From a virus, in UHGV virus genome UHGV-0127942: a stretch of DNA of 40,194 nt; one strand, written 5' to 3'. Below are positions 8,853 through 16,712 of this stretch, piece after piece. The notes under the pieces are model-generated. The model did no database searches. It saw only the letters and a program-made list of their open reading frames with translations, and was not told the DNA's origin. The translations under genes were made by a program, and so were the position numbers. Numbering within the stretch: position 1 is the stretch's first letter; the number at the start of each line of letters is the position of its first letter.

Positions 8853-8867
8853 TTACCTGTCAGGTAA
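8853..8867. promoter_or_regulatory. Operator-like palindrome TTACC-N5-GGTAA upstream of the middle operon
   Basis: Perfect site, about 20 bp upstream of the -35 TTGATT at 8887-8892. Confidence 0.6.
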
Positions 8868-8886
8868 TAAAATATTCTAAAATCTA

Positions 8887-8915
8887 TTGATTTCGTGTCT
8901 TATGTGGTTTTTAAT
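8887..8915 (+). promoter_or_regulatory. Middle-operon promoter, sigma70-like
   Basis: TTGATT, 17-bp spacer containing TATGTGGTT, -10-like TTTAAT; bracketed by two operator palindromes. Confidence 0.45.
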
Positions 8916-8929
8916 TACCTCAGAGGTAA
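8915..8929. promoter_or_regulatory. Operator-like palindrome TTACC-N5-GGTAA overlapping the RBS of the gene at 8933
   Basis: Perfect site; its right half contains the GAGG Shine-Dalgarno 4 nt before the ATG. Confidence 0.6.
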
Positions 8930-8932
8930 ATC

Positions 8933-9277
8933 ATGAGAAAACAGATACAGGCTCTTGGTCGACTCAAAACAGGTCAGATGAACAAAACAGAATCTGCGTA
9001 TTGCCAGCACCTTGAGCTGCGTAAACGTGCAGGAGAAATCGTCTGGTATCGATTTGAGGGTATCAAGCTGCGGTTAGCTGACAACACGTTCTATACGCCA
9101 GATTTTGCTGTGATGCTCGCCACCGGCGAGATGGAACTGCACGAAGTGAAAGGTTTCTGGACCGACGACGCCAGGGTGAAAACCAAAGTCGCCGCAGATC
9201 AGTATCCGTTCCGAATCATCGGGGTAACGGTTAAACCAAAGAAAGCAGGTGGTGGCTGGATCATCGAAGAGTTCTGA
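8933..9277 (+). CDS. Hypothetical phage protein, possibly DUF1064-like
   Basis: 114 aa; first gene after the terminator that follows the P-like gene; family assignment is from memory only. Confidence 0.5.
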   Translation: MRKQIQALGRLKTGQMNKTESAYCQHLELRKRAGEIVWYRFEGIKLRLADNTFYTPDFAVMLATGEMELHEVKGFWTDDARVKTKVAADQYPFRIIGVTVKPKKAGGGWIIEEF

Positions 9278-9338
9278 ATCGACGATCTTTTTAGTTATCA
9301 ATGTTATCAATAAGTTATGTGGATAAGCGAGGGTAAAG

Positions 9339-9890
9339 ATGGAAAGTAATATCAAAGGGTTAGTTTCCGCCGGGCATGAGATGGCTTCGGAACTGAAAGC
9401 AGAATGTGGTGCCGTTGATATGCGCAGCGTGGCAAAGCTGATCAGCGATTTGGCAACGCAACTGGAAGTGCAACTGGTGCGTGCTAATGCGCTGGCCGAA
9501 GACCAGCAGAAAGCGATTGAGTCAATTAAGCAGGCTGATTCGGCTGTTAAGTTGGCACACGAGAAGTTTTCGGCGCTGGCAGCGGAGAATGCGGGAATAA
9601 AGTCTGCAATTCCAGAATCACGGGATATTGAAGATGACAATGACAATATGGATGACGTATCTCTCGCGGAAGACTTCGGGTTCAATCATGCAATAGAACG
9701 GATGAGGAGACAGATACCTGAAACCCCAGCCACCGATGCTTTCCTGGCTGAAATTGAACACAAAGCAATCCGCAAGTTCATTAACAGCATTGAACACATC
9801 CTGCGTGACAAGTTGTCACCGTATGACACCGAAGAGATGCTTGAGACTATGCGTATTTTTCTGGAAGAACAGGGAGGCGAACAAAAATGA
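9339..9890 (+). CDS. Hypothetical acidic protein
   Basis: 183 aa, rich in D/E (DIEDDNDNMDD); no recognisable motif. Confidence 0.55.
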   Translation: MESNIKGLVSAGHEMASELKAECGAVDMRSVAKLISDLATQLEVQLVRANALAEDQQKAIESIKQADSAVKLAHEKFSALAAENAGIKSAIPESRDIEDDNDNMDDVSLAEDFGFNHAIERMRRQIPETPATDAFLAEIEHKAIRKFINSIEHILRDKLSPYDTEEMLETMRIFLEEQGGEQK

Positions 9891-10201
9891 CAATCACAAA
9901 ACAACGAGTAGAAAAAATCATATATCGCCATGAAATGGGACTGAGCAGCGATGTCACTGCCGAAGAGGTTTATGACCTGGCTGTACTGGCGCTGAATTTA
10001 TCAAATATCGCAAACCTGAAGCGATACGAGCTTGATATGGATGGTTGTGACTCGTGCGGTCAGGATTGTGGCGCTGACATGACTGAAGATTCTGATGGCG
10101 ATTATGTCCTGTTTGATGACGTGGTTAAGTTGCTTGAGTTTGATACAACCACTCAGAAGTTCGAAAGCCCAGCAAAGGAGGCAGCCAGTGAGCAAGATTG
10201 A
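9887..10201 (+). CDS. Hypothetical acidic protein
   Basis: 104 aa; ATGA overlap with the upstream gene. Confidence 0.5.
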   Translation: MTITKQRVEKIIYRHEMGLSSDVTAEEVYDLAVLALNLSNIANLKRYELDMDGCDSCGQDCGADMTEDSDGDYVLFDDVVKLLEFDTTTQKFESPAKEAASEQD

Positions 10202-10856
10202 TTATCAAAAGCTTCGTGAAATCGCTGAAAAAACAAAAATTGCTGGTGAAGCACCTGTAATGCCTTTCGATCAGCGAATTAATGCGCTTAACGATTTTAT
10301 GAAGCACTTTTCGCCAGATATCGCGCTGGCATTGTTGGATGAATGGGAAAGAAACCAGCAATACATAAAACGCCGCGACCAGGAGAACGAGGAAATTGCG
10401 CTAACGGTAGGGAAGCTGCGCGTTGAGCTGGAAGGCAAAGACAGCAAAATAGCCAATCTTACCGCCGAACGCGATGCTCTTCGTGAAGGTGAGATGGGCG
10501 ACGCTAGGCATAGCAACACACGGGCCGCAGCTGATATCTACTTCCAACTGGTCGAGGAGTGCGAAATTCCTGCTGGCGGATCTCTGGTCGAGTACGTTGA
10601 CGATATGCGCGAGAATCTGGAAGCCGCAGAGAAGCGCATTGCAGAGTTAGAAAGTGGTTCTCAGGCACAAAAGTTAGTTGAAGCAATCATTGTTGCGATA
10701 GAAAACGAACAGGAACGGCTTTTTGATGAAGATTACCTAATGGATTCGAAAGAATGCATTGACGTAATTCGTGAAGAAGTAAAGCGATGGGATGATTCCC
10801 GCAACGCTGGCATTCGCATCAAAGGAGAGGAGCATGGAAATAAAACCAGAAGATGA
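10188..10856 (+). CDS. Hypothetical coiled-coil protein
   Basis: GTG start at 10188 preceded by AAAGGAGG; the ORF-track ATG at 10095 would overlap the upstream gene extensively. Confidence 0.5.
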   Translation: MSKIDYQKLREIAEKTKIAGEAPVMPFDQRINALNDFMKHFSPDIALALLDEWERNQQYIKRRDQENEEIALTVGKLRVELEGKDSKIANLTAERDALREGEMGDARHSNTRAAADIYFQLVEECEIPAGGSLVEYVDDMRENLEAAEKRIAELESGSQAQKLVEAIIVAIENEQERLFDEDYLMDSKECIDVIREEVKRWDDSRNAGIRIKGEEHGNKTRR

Positions 10857-11190
10857 GTTAAGTAATATTGTTTTATTTCCGGTAAAAGAGGATGACCCAC
10901 GTAATCAGGTTAATTTTCTTTATGAGCCATCGGAAAGACCATACTGCCATCACGCTTCTGTCCGGGTTGACGAAAAAGAGCGTCAGGTCCGCTGTAAAAT
11001 CTGCGGTGCAGTTGTGGAGCCATTTGACTGGATGCTCTCTGTGGCGAAAAGAGAAACCAGACTGGCAGATGATGTAAGGCTATTGCGCCAGGAGGAACAG
11101 GAAAGACGGAAAAATATAGAAAAGTTAATTCAGATTGAGCGTAATGCGAAAGCACGGATACGCAGGGTGACAAAATCCAGAACTGAATAG
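10834..11190 (+). CDS. Hypothetical protein with Cys/His cluster
   Basis: Start at 10834 after AAAGGAGAGG; CHH...C-x-x-C motif (YCHHASVRVDEKERQVRCKICG). Confidence 0.5.
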   Translation: MEIKPEDELSNIVLFPVKEDDPRNQVNFLYEPSERPYCHHASVRVDEKERQVRCKICGAVVEPFDWMLSVAKRETRLADDVRLLRQEEQERRKNIEKLIQIERNAKARIRRVTKSRTE

Positions 11191-11285
11191 TTAAATTTAG
11201 CACTGTTAAAAATTTAATCCTTAACCGGAGGGATTTCTGCACCCTCAGAACAGCAGGAGGCCGTCCGAAAGGGCGGTAATAAATA

Positions 11286-11762
11286 ATGCAAGAAATCAAA
11301 GAAAATATCAGACAACAGCTTTACGGGTTTTATATTGCTTATGATTTGTGGCTGAGTAATGGGGCGAAACCAGGTGGGGTGTTTTCTCGAAATTATGGTT
11401 TATGCGCCAATCTTTTCGATTATCTCACATCAATCGGTACCTCCAGCGAAGCGGTACTGGAACAATTACACACGGATTTCAGAAGTGCCGGGCTGTATGA
11501 GGTGTTGCCATTTAACGAGAGTAATGGGCATTACCATGAAGAAAAAAAGAACAACATGTGCCATATGAACCCGGCGCGTGTGTCGTGGGTCAGGGCGCAG
11601 ATGGTGCAGGCAGTGCCGGACGGACTGGTTAAGGCTGTACGCTTCTATGAACAGGTAAAGTGTGAGAATCCGCCAGCTGAAACCGGAGCATGGAAAGACG
11701 CTGTTGACTGGGTGCTCAAAGAGGCTTACCAGGCTGTAAACATTGGTACCAAAGGAGATTGA
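11286..11762 (+). CDS. Hypothetical protein
   Basis: 158-aa ORF co-oriented with neighbours. Confidence 0.55.
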   Translation: MQEIKENIRQQLYGFYIAYDLWLSNGAKPGGVFSRNYGLCANLFDYLTSIGTSSEAVLEQLHTDFRSAGLYEVLPFNESNGHYHEEKKNNMCHMNPARVSWVRAQMVQAVPDGLVKAVRFYEQVKCENPPAETGAWKDAVDWVLKEAYQAVNIGTKGD

Positions 11763-11763
11763 T

Positions 11764-12687
11764 ATGACCACTTTTACCGACAAAGAACTGATTAAAGAAA
11801 TCAAAGAGCGCATAGGCAGCTTGGACGTTCGAGACAATATTGAGCGCCGTGCTTATGAAATTGCTCTGGCATCGCTGGAAGCAGAGGCAGTTATGTTCTG
11901 TATATCAGGACAAAATGTAGATTCAGAAGAACATGTATCAACCAGCAAAGCGGTTGTTGATGCCTGGGTTGAAGAATGGAATCAGGTTGACGGAAGTCCT
12001 GGCGAACCACTGTACAAAACTATGCCACTCTACTATCACGCTGCCTTGCCAGCGCCGGTAGTGCCGGAAGAAGCAACTCCGGAAAATGTAGAAATGCTCT
12101 CTGGCTATGTTTCCACGTACAAATTAACCGATAGCGAGCGCGATATTGCTGCCGAAATATGGAACGCCTGCCGCACCGCCATGCTTCAGTCCGGAAACTT
12201 TCGGGAAAGCAAGAATTCGTCAACCAATAATTTTCGGGAAATCCCGGAAGCGTCAACCAGCTCTCCGGTAACTCCGGCTCTTCTGCCTGGTGGTTTCACC
12301 ATTGAGGAGGCGAAGGAATTACATGAAGACCTGGTACGCAGCCACATAAGCAAGGCCTTAAGTGGCGAAAAGATGAAAAAGAAAGATCGCGATGCTGATT
12401 TACGCTGGATTCATGGCGTTATAGTTCAGGCAGCGTGGTTTGTAAAAGCATCACTGGAGCAGAATGCACTATCGGGCAACTCTCCGGTAACTCCGGATAG
12501 TTGGATAAGCTGTAGTGAGCGAATGCCCGCTCAAGATGATTGGATTTTAATTTATTCAAAGCACGGCGAGTATATGGCAGGCCAGGTGCAAGGGGAATAC
12601 GTGGAGTTGAGCGACGGCACTTTATCGTGGTTAGGGAACGCCTTGTTCTGGATGCCGCTACCAGAACCGCCGCAGGAGGTGAAGTGA
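11764..12687 (+). CDS. Hypothetical protein, C-terminal DUF551-like domain
   Basis: Start at 11764 after AAAGGAG; C-terminus ...LSWLGNALFWMPLPEPP resembles DUF551 phage proteins (from memory); internal repeat NSPVTP encoded by repeated DNA near 12256 and 12480. Confidence 0.5.
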   Translation: MTTFTDKELIKEIKERIGSLDVRDNIERRAYEIALASLEAEAVMFCISGQNVDSEEHVSTSKAVVDAWVEEWNQVDGSPGEPLYKTMPLYYHAALPAPVVPEEATPENVEMLSGYVSTYKLTDSERDIAAEIWNACRTAMLQSGNFRESKNSSTNNFREIPEASTSSPVTPALLPGGFTIEEAKELHEDLVRSHISKALSGEKMKKKDRDADLRWIHGVIVQAAWFVKASLEQNALSGNSPVTPDSWISCSERMPAQDDWILIYSKHGEYMAGQVQGEYVELSDGTLSWLGNALFWMPLPEPPQEVK

Positions 12688-12809
12688 TGAACAAGTGCAA
12701 CGCTCTGCTTTATGCCATGGTGATTGGTTTCGGCCTAGCTGCTGGTATCCGGGTTTATATTACCTGGGAGTCATTAATCAATCTGGCGTGGAGTGCGGTT
12801 CGTGGCTAA
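12687..12809 (+). CDS. Possible small membrane protein (40 aa)
   Basis: ATG at 12687 overlapping the upstream stop; hydrophobic product; overlaps the start of the next ORF so only one may be real. Confidence 0.25.
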   Translation: MNKCNALLYAMVIGFGLAAGIRVYITWESLINLAWSAVRG

Positions 12810-13140
12810 ATCCCCCGCAGAACGCAAAGCCGCGCAGCGCGCTCGGCAGTCCGCCGCCGGTGAGCGCAAAATTGAATTGGTGCTGGATAAGCAGGAGCAG
12901 GAAATGCTGGCGCGGAACTGCGCCGCCCGGCGCCCTGGTCGCGATCCCTATGAAATGGCCGAGTACATCGCGTTACTGATCCGCCAGGATGATGCACGCG
13001 TGCGCGGGCGTATAAAATCGATTAGCAGAAAACGTTGCGGTAAGTGCGGCGAGAAAGTTCCCGTTAATTCATGCCCGTGTAATGGTGACTCGCAATGCTG
13101 GGTGACTAAAGGCTGGCATGAAACGAAATTAATAGTGTGA
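12793..13140 (+). CDS. Hypothetical zinc-ribbon protein, candidate late regulator
   Basis: 115 aa from a GTG start; KRCGKCGEKVPVNSCPCNGDSQCW Cys cluster; sits immediately upstream of a palindrome and terminator that precede the terminase genes. Confidence 0.4.
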   Translation: MRFVAKSPAERKAAQRARQSAAGERKIELVLDKQEQEMLARNCAARRPGRDPYEMAEYIALLIRQDDARVRGRIKSISRKRCGKCGEKVPVNSCPCNGDSQCWVTKGWHETKLIV

Positions 13141-13148
13141 CATGTCAC
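13137..13148. promoter_or_regulatory. 12-bp perfect palindrome GTGACATGTCAC (copy 1)
   Basis: Overlaps the stop codon of the Zn-ribbon gene; 41 bp upstream of the terminator hairpin that precedes the terminase genes. Confidence 0.5.
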
Positions 13149-13189
13149 GAGTAGATTATGCATGATGAATTTGATGGGTTTTGAATACT

Positions 13190-13215
13190 GCCGCCAACTA
13201 TGGCGGCTTTATTTT
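13190..13215 (+). terminator. Intrinsic terminator upstream of the terminase genes
   Basis: Hairpin GCCGCC-AACTAT-GGCGGC followed by TTTATTTT. Confidence 0.6.
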
Positions 13216-13226
13216 GCATGGTACTA

Positions 13227-13241
13227 TTACCACAACGGTAA
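13227..13241. promoter_or_regulatory. Operator-like palindrome TTACC-N5-GGTAA upstream of terminase small subunit
   Basis: Perfect site between the terminator at 13190-13215 and the terS start; an imperfect copy TTACC-N5-GGTTA follows at 13245-13259. Confidence 0.55.
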
Positions 13242-13258
13242 CTATTACCACGGTGGTT

Positions 13259-13855
13259 ATGATGCCTGCTGAACCTAAAACCTATAAACGCAAATCAACG
13301 CAATTTAAGCCACTAACAGCAATGCAGGAGGCTTATTGCCAGTCATACATCAAAACGCCTGAAAACCAGACTCAGGCAGCGATTAACGCAGGATTCTCCC
13401 CAAATACAGCGGCAGTTAAAGCCAGTGTCATGATGCGCGATGAACGCATTCAAAAACGGATTGCCGAGTTGATGGAGGAGCGCAACAAACGAATGCGCGT
13501 CAGTGCCGATTACGTTCTCATGCGCCTGGTGGAGATCGACCAGATGGACGTGATTGATATCCTCAACGACGATGGGAGCCTTAAGCCAATCCGCGAGTGG
13601 CCGAAAATCTGGCGCACTACGCTTAGTGGCTTTGATCTGTCATCGACCATCATGAACATGAACGAGGATTCGATAGAGACAATCCTCAAAAAAATTAAAT
13701 GGCCTGACAAGGTGAAGAACCTCGAACTGATTGGTAAGCACGTCGACGTCAACGCATTCAAAGAACGCCTGGATGTTAATGTGAATGTGACAATTGCTGA
13801 TCGCATAGCGGCAGCCAGGAAGCGACTCAAAGAACGTCAGGATGGTAATCAGTGA
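13259..13855 (+). CDS. Terminase small subunit
   Basis: Directly upstream of and overlapping the large terminase gene; start moved to 13259 because an intrinsic terminator hairpin (13190-13215) lies inside the longer ORF-track version. Confidence 0.6.
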   Translation: MMPAEPKTYKRKSTQFKPLTAMQEAYCQSYIKTPENQTQAAINAGFSPNTAAVKASVMMRDERIQKRIAELMEERNKRMRVSADYVLMRLVEIDQMDVIDILNDDGSLKPIREWPKIWRTTLSGFDLSSTIMNMNEDSIETILKKIKWPDKVKNLELIGKHVDVNAFKERLDVNVNVTIADRIAAARKRLKERQDGNQ

Positions 13856-15327
13856 CAGATACAGCGTTATCTCCTGAAGAGCAGTTGATCGAGGATATTG
13901 CAGGGTTCACTCACGATCCGCTTGGCTATGCCCTCTATGCGTTCCCGTGGGGGGAAGAGGGGACTGAACTGGCACATGCTACCGGCCCACGTCAGTGGCA
14001 GGCTGATGCGTTCCGAGAGATACGTGATCACCTGCAGAATCCAGAGACGCGCTATCAGCCGCTTATGCTGGCACGCGCTTCTGGTCACGGTATTGGTAAA
14101 TCCGCATTCATCTCAATGCTGATCAACTGGGGCATGTCCACTTGCGAGGATTGTAAGATCGTGGTGACCGCCAACACCGACAACCAGCTACGAACGAAGA
14201 CCTGGCCGGAAATTATCAAGTGGTCGAACCTTGCTATCACGAAAGACTGGTTTACCTGTACCGCTACCGCGATGTACAGCAATGATCTTGGACACGACAA
14301 GCGGTGGCGAGCTGACGCAATCCCCTGGTCTGAGCACAACACTGAGGCATTCGCCGGACTACACAACGAGCGCAAACGCATCATCGTGGTATTCGATGAA
14401 GCGTCGAACATTGCGGATCTGGTGTGGGAAGTTGCTGAGGGTGCGCTTACGGACGAAGACACTGAGATTATCTGGGTGGCGTTCGGAAACCCTACACGTA
14501 ACACCGGGCGTTTCCGCGAATGTTTCCGCAAATATAAACACCGCTGGAAAACTGCGCAGATTGACAGCCGGACGGTGGAAGGCACTAACAAACAGCAGTT
14601 GCAGAAATGGGTTGATGACTACGGGGAAGACAGCGACTTCGTTAAAATCCGTGTGCGCGGCATATTCCCTGATGCATCTGAATTGCAGTTTATCCCTACC
14701 GGTCTTACTGATGAGGCAATGAAACGGGTGGTAACCGCTGCGCAGGTGGCGCATGCTCCGGTGATAATCGGTGTTGACCCGGCATACTCAGGCGTTGATG
14801 ACGCGGTGATATACCTGCGGCAGGGGCTGCACAGTAAGGTGCTATGGACTGGTAACAAGACCACCGACGATCTGATTATGGCGAAGCGTATCGCTGACTT
14901 TGAAGACCAGTACCAGGCTGACGCGGTGTTCATCGACTTCGGTTACGGTACCGGTCTGAAGTCAATCGGTGACGGTTGGGGGCGTACATGGCAACTTGTT
15001 CCGTTCGGTGGCGCGTCTACTGACCCGCAGATGCTCAACAAGCGTGGGGAGATGTTCAATTCATGCAAGACATGGCTGAGGCTCGGCGGCATGCTGGATG
15101 ACCAGGAAACTGCAGACGACCTGTCGGCGGCAGAGTACAAAGTTCGCGTGGACGGTAAAATCGTTATCGAACCGAAGGAAGATATCAAGGAGCGGCTTGG
15201 GCGTTCTCCGGGTAAAGGCGATGCGCTACTGCTGACGTTTGCTTTCCCTGTGTCGAAGCGTCTGCGAATTCCCGGGCAGCAGAACCAGCAAGGCAAGGCC
15301 ATCACAGATTACGATCCCTATGCTTAA
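13852..15327 (+). CDS. Terminase large subunit
   Basis: 491 aa; Walker A-like ARASGHGIGKS ATPase motif and C-terminal nuclease-like region; GTG start overlapping the small subunit stop. Confidence 0.85.
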   Translation: MTDTALSPEEQLIEDIAGFTHDPLGYALYAFPWGEEGTELAHATGPRQWQADAFREIRDHLQNPETRYQPLMLARASGHGIGKSAFISMLINWGMSTCEDCKIVVTANTDNQLRTKTWPEIIKWSNLAITKDWFTCTATAMYSNDLGHDKRWRADAIPWSEHNTEAFAGLHNERKRIIVVFDEASNIADLVWEVAEGALTDEDTEIIWVAFGNPTRNTGRFRECFRKYKHRWKTAQIDSRTVEGTNKQQLQKWVDDYGEDSDFVKIRVRGIFPDASELQFIPTGLTDEAMKRVVTAAQVAHAPVIIGVDPAYSGVDDAVIYLRQGLHSKVLWTGNKTTDDLIMAKRIADFEDQYQADAVFIDFGYGTGLKSIGDGWGRTWQLVPFGGASTDPQMLNKRGEMFNSCKTWLRLGGMLDDQETADDLSAAEYKVRVDGKIVIEPKEDIKERLGRSPGKGDALLLTFAFPVSKRLRIPGQQNQQGKAITDYDPYA

Positions 15328-15370
15328 TCCGCTGGTGGGGATAATACTGCTGATATCCTCTGATGAGGAT

Positions 15371-15397
15371 AAAACAAAGCCAGCTCATCGGCTGGCT
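15371..15397 (-). terminator. Bidirectional intrinsic terminator between terminase large subunit and the reverse moron gene
   Basis: Hairpin AGCCAGC-TCATCG-GCTGGCT with an A-run on one side and a T-rich stretch on the other. Confidence 0.55.
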
Positions 15398-15401
15398 GTT
15401 T

Positions 15402-15413
15402 GTGACATGTCAC
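15402..15413. promoter_or_regulatory. 12-bp perfect palindrome GTGACATGTCAC (copy 2)
   Basis: Immediately after the bidirectional terminator hairpin at 15371-15397; 5 nt from the stop of the minus-strand gene 15418-15789. Confidence 0.5.
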
Positions 15414-15417
15414 GGTG

Positions 15418-15789
15418 TTATTGCTCGCTTAACTTCTGCTTCAGCAAGTAACCTTCGAGCATCCAGATTTTGTTTACAGCATTCTGCCGGGCAATCTTCC
15501 GACCAATTTCTGCATCAAAATTTTCCGGACTTGCACAGGAACTCTCTCCGGTGACGGTGAAGCCGTTGCGCAGCACCAGGACGCAGAACGTCAGCAGAGA
15601 AAGTGATTCGTGCGGCTGGTAGTTTACCTCTCCGCCAGTATGTTTCGCTTTTATGGCTTTGCCAAAGGCACCATCTTCTGCTGTGAAATATGCCTCCTGA
15701 GCAATAATGCCTTCGATATGGTCTGGCGTAACGCGCGGTGCCGTTTTGCCTTTCTCAACGATTTCTTTTTCGATTTGCTGGTCGTTCAT
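15418..15789 (-). CDS. Hypothetical protein (reverse-oriented moron)
   Basis: 123-aa minus-strand ORF inside an otherwise plus-strand late region; RBS AAGGTGAG; intrinsic terminators at both ends. Confidence 0.55.
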   Translation of the reverse strand: MNDQQIEKEIVEKGKTAPRVTPDHIEGIIAQEAYFTAEDGAFGKAIKAKHTGGEVNYQPHESLSLLTFCVLVLRNGFTVTGESSCASPENFDAEIGRKIARQNAVNKIWMLEGYLLKQKLSEQ

Positions 15790-15800
15790 AATCTCACCTT

Positions 15801-15824
15801 AAAAAAATGCCCGGCGAACCGGGC
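15801..15824 (-). terminator. Intrinsic terminator between tRNA-Arg and the reverse moron gene
   Basis: Hairpin GCCCGG-CGAA-CCGGGC with a 7-nt A-run on the plus strand (T-run on the minus strand) abutting the RBS of the gene at 15789. Confidence 0.55.
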
Positions 15825-15987
15825 GAACTGGAAGCAATGAGTTATGCCTTCCGTGGCTGTACTGGTTTACAGCATGAAGTCATCGCAATGGCGTCCTGCT
15901 GTAAAAAGAGCGGTGATAGTCCTTCAAGGGAAACCATCACCGCCAAGCCCCTGGAACTTCTGGCATCACGGTCCTTAGGCGTGATTC

Positions 15988-16064
15988 TGGCGTGGTATGC
16001 AGGATTCGAACCTGCGACCAACCGCTTAGAAGGCGGTTGGTCTGTCCAACTGAGCTAATACCAC
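15988..16064 (-). tRNA. tRNA-Arg (anticodon UCU)
   Basis: Reverse complement reads GTGGTAT...anticodon stem-loop ACCGC-CTTCTAA-GCGGT...T-arm GCAGGTTCGAATCCTGC...ACCACG-CCA; architecture close to E. coli argU; D-arm pairing looks imperfect. Confidence 0.75.
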
Positions 16065-16386
16065 AACGCTGAGAGCACTTAGCCTGTTAAGGCGCCACAC
16101 TTTGTCGCGGCTCCATAAATGCTCTCATCGTTGTACCCTCGTCTCTTCCGAGGCGTCACACCGAATCGCCGGGATGGTGAATCCCCGTGCGCGGAATAAA
16201 ACCGCTCGACTTGCACATTCCGGCTACCTGGTTCGTTTGCTCGAGCAAGGGAGGGTGCCCCTTAAACGTATCCAGACCGCTATCGGCGCATGTGCCATAC
16301 GCCGTACTGCTCAAAATAAAAGCTCACTCCACCTGTTCAATTTAACGACAAGCCAGTCAGGTTAATAACCGGAATGAACTCTTTGC

Positions 16387-16401
16387 TTACCTGAAAGGTA
16401 A
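16387..16401. promoter_or_regulatory. Operator-like palindrome TTACC-N5-GGTAA upstream of the head-gene operon
   Basis: Perfect site 44 bp upstream of a TATGTGGTT element and about 90 bp upstream of the gp6.7-like gene. Confidence 0.55.
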
Positions 16402-16444
16402 TAATTCGTGCGTTAAATGTCAACCATCTACGATAAATAAATCA

Positions 16445-16466
16445 TATGTGGTTAAATTGGTAATAA
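16445..16466 (+). promoter_or_regulatory. Candidate late promoter: TATGTGGTT-N6-TAATAA
   Basis: Conserved element 6 bp upstream of a -10-like hexamer; no good -35; upstream of the gp6.7-like and portal genes. Confidence 0.4.
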
Positions 16467-16491
16467 TTTAATTGCGTACGGAGTCATTGAT

Positions 16492-16698
16492 ATGTGCATG
16501 GGTAGCTCACCATCAGTGCCTGCAACACCAGAAGTTCAGGCAGCACCACAGGAGCAGGATGCCGCCGTTGTTGATGCCCGCGACGAAGAAACACGTCGCC
16601 GTCGCGCTGCTGCTGGTCGTAGTTCTACGCTGCTTACCGGTTCTCAGGGCGACACATCAACCGCTAATACCAGCGGTAAAACGCTGCTTGGTCAGTAA
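16492..16698 (+). CDS. Small virion protein, T7 gp6.7-like
   Basis: 68 aa, low complexity, starts MC..SP like T7 gp6.7 (MCFSPK...) and sits just before the portal gene. Confidence 0.45.
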   Translation: MCMGSSPSVPATPEVQAAPQEQDAAVVDARDEETRRRRAAAGRSSTLLTGSQGDTSTANTSGKTLLGQ

Positions 16699-16712
16699 CC
16701 GGAGTCATTGAA

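Noticed and set aside
9319-9327. Perfect DnaA-box 9-mer (TTATCCACA on the minus strand)
   Set aside because: It is a single copy with about 0.3 expected by chance; it may simply be a variant of the TATGTGG element. Not called as an origin feature.
9074-9685. Minus-strand 203-aa ORF
   Set aside because: Antisense to two well-supported plus-strand genes; Ser-rich low-complexity translation, no RBS.
13181-13258. N-terminal extension of the terminase small subunit ORF as given in the ORF track
   Set aside because: An intrinsic terminator hairpin (13190-13215) and an operator palindrome lie inside this stretch, so translation more likely starts at the ATG at 13259.
14085-14933. Several minus-strand and alternative-frame ORFs inside the terminase large subunit gene
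   Set aside because: They overlap a confidently identified gene and have no independent support.
15857-15872. Second CTGT-N8-ACAG match (CTGTACTGGTTTACAG)
   Set aside because: The spacer is not AT-rich and poorly matches the LexA consensus; one such match is expected by chance in 40 kb, and it is not positioned in a promoter spacer.
15807-16058. Plus-strand 83-aa ORF
   Set aside because: It overlaps the minus-strand tRNA-Arg and a terminator hairpin, and has no RBS.
16102-16365. Plus-strand 87-aa ORF in the tRNA/head-operon spacer
   Set aside because: No RBS, Arg/His-rich low-complexity product, no coupling to neighbours; treated as noncoding.
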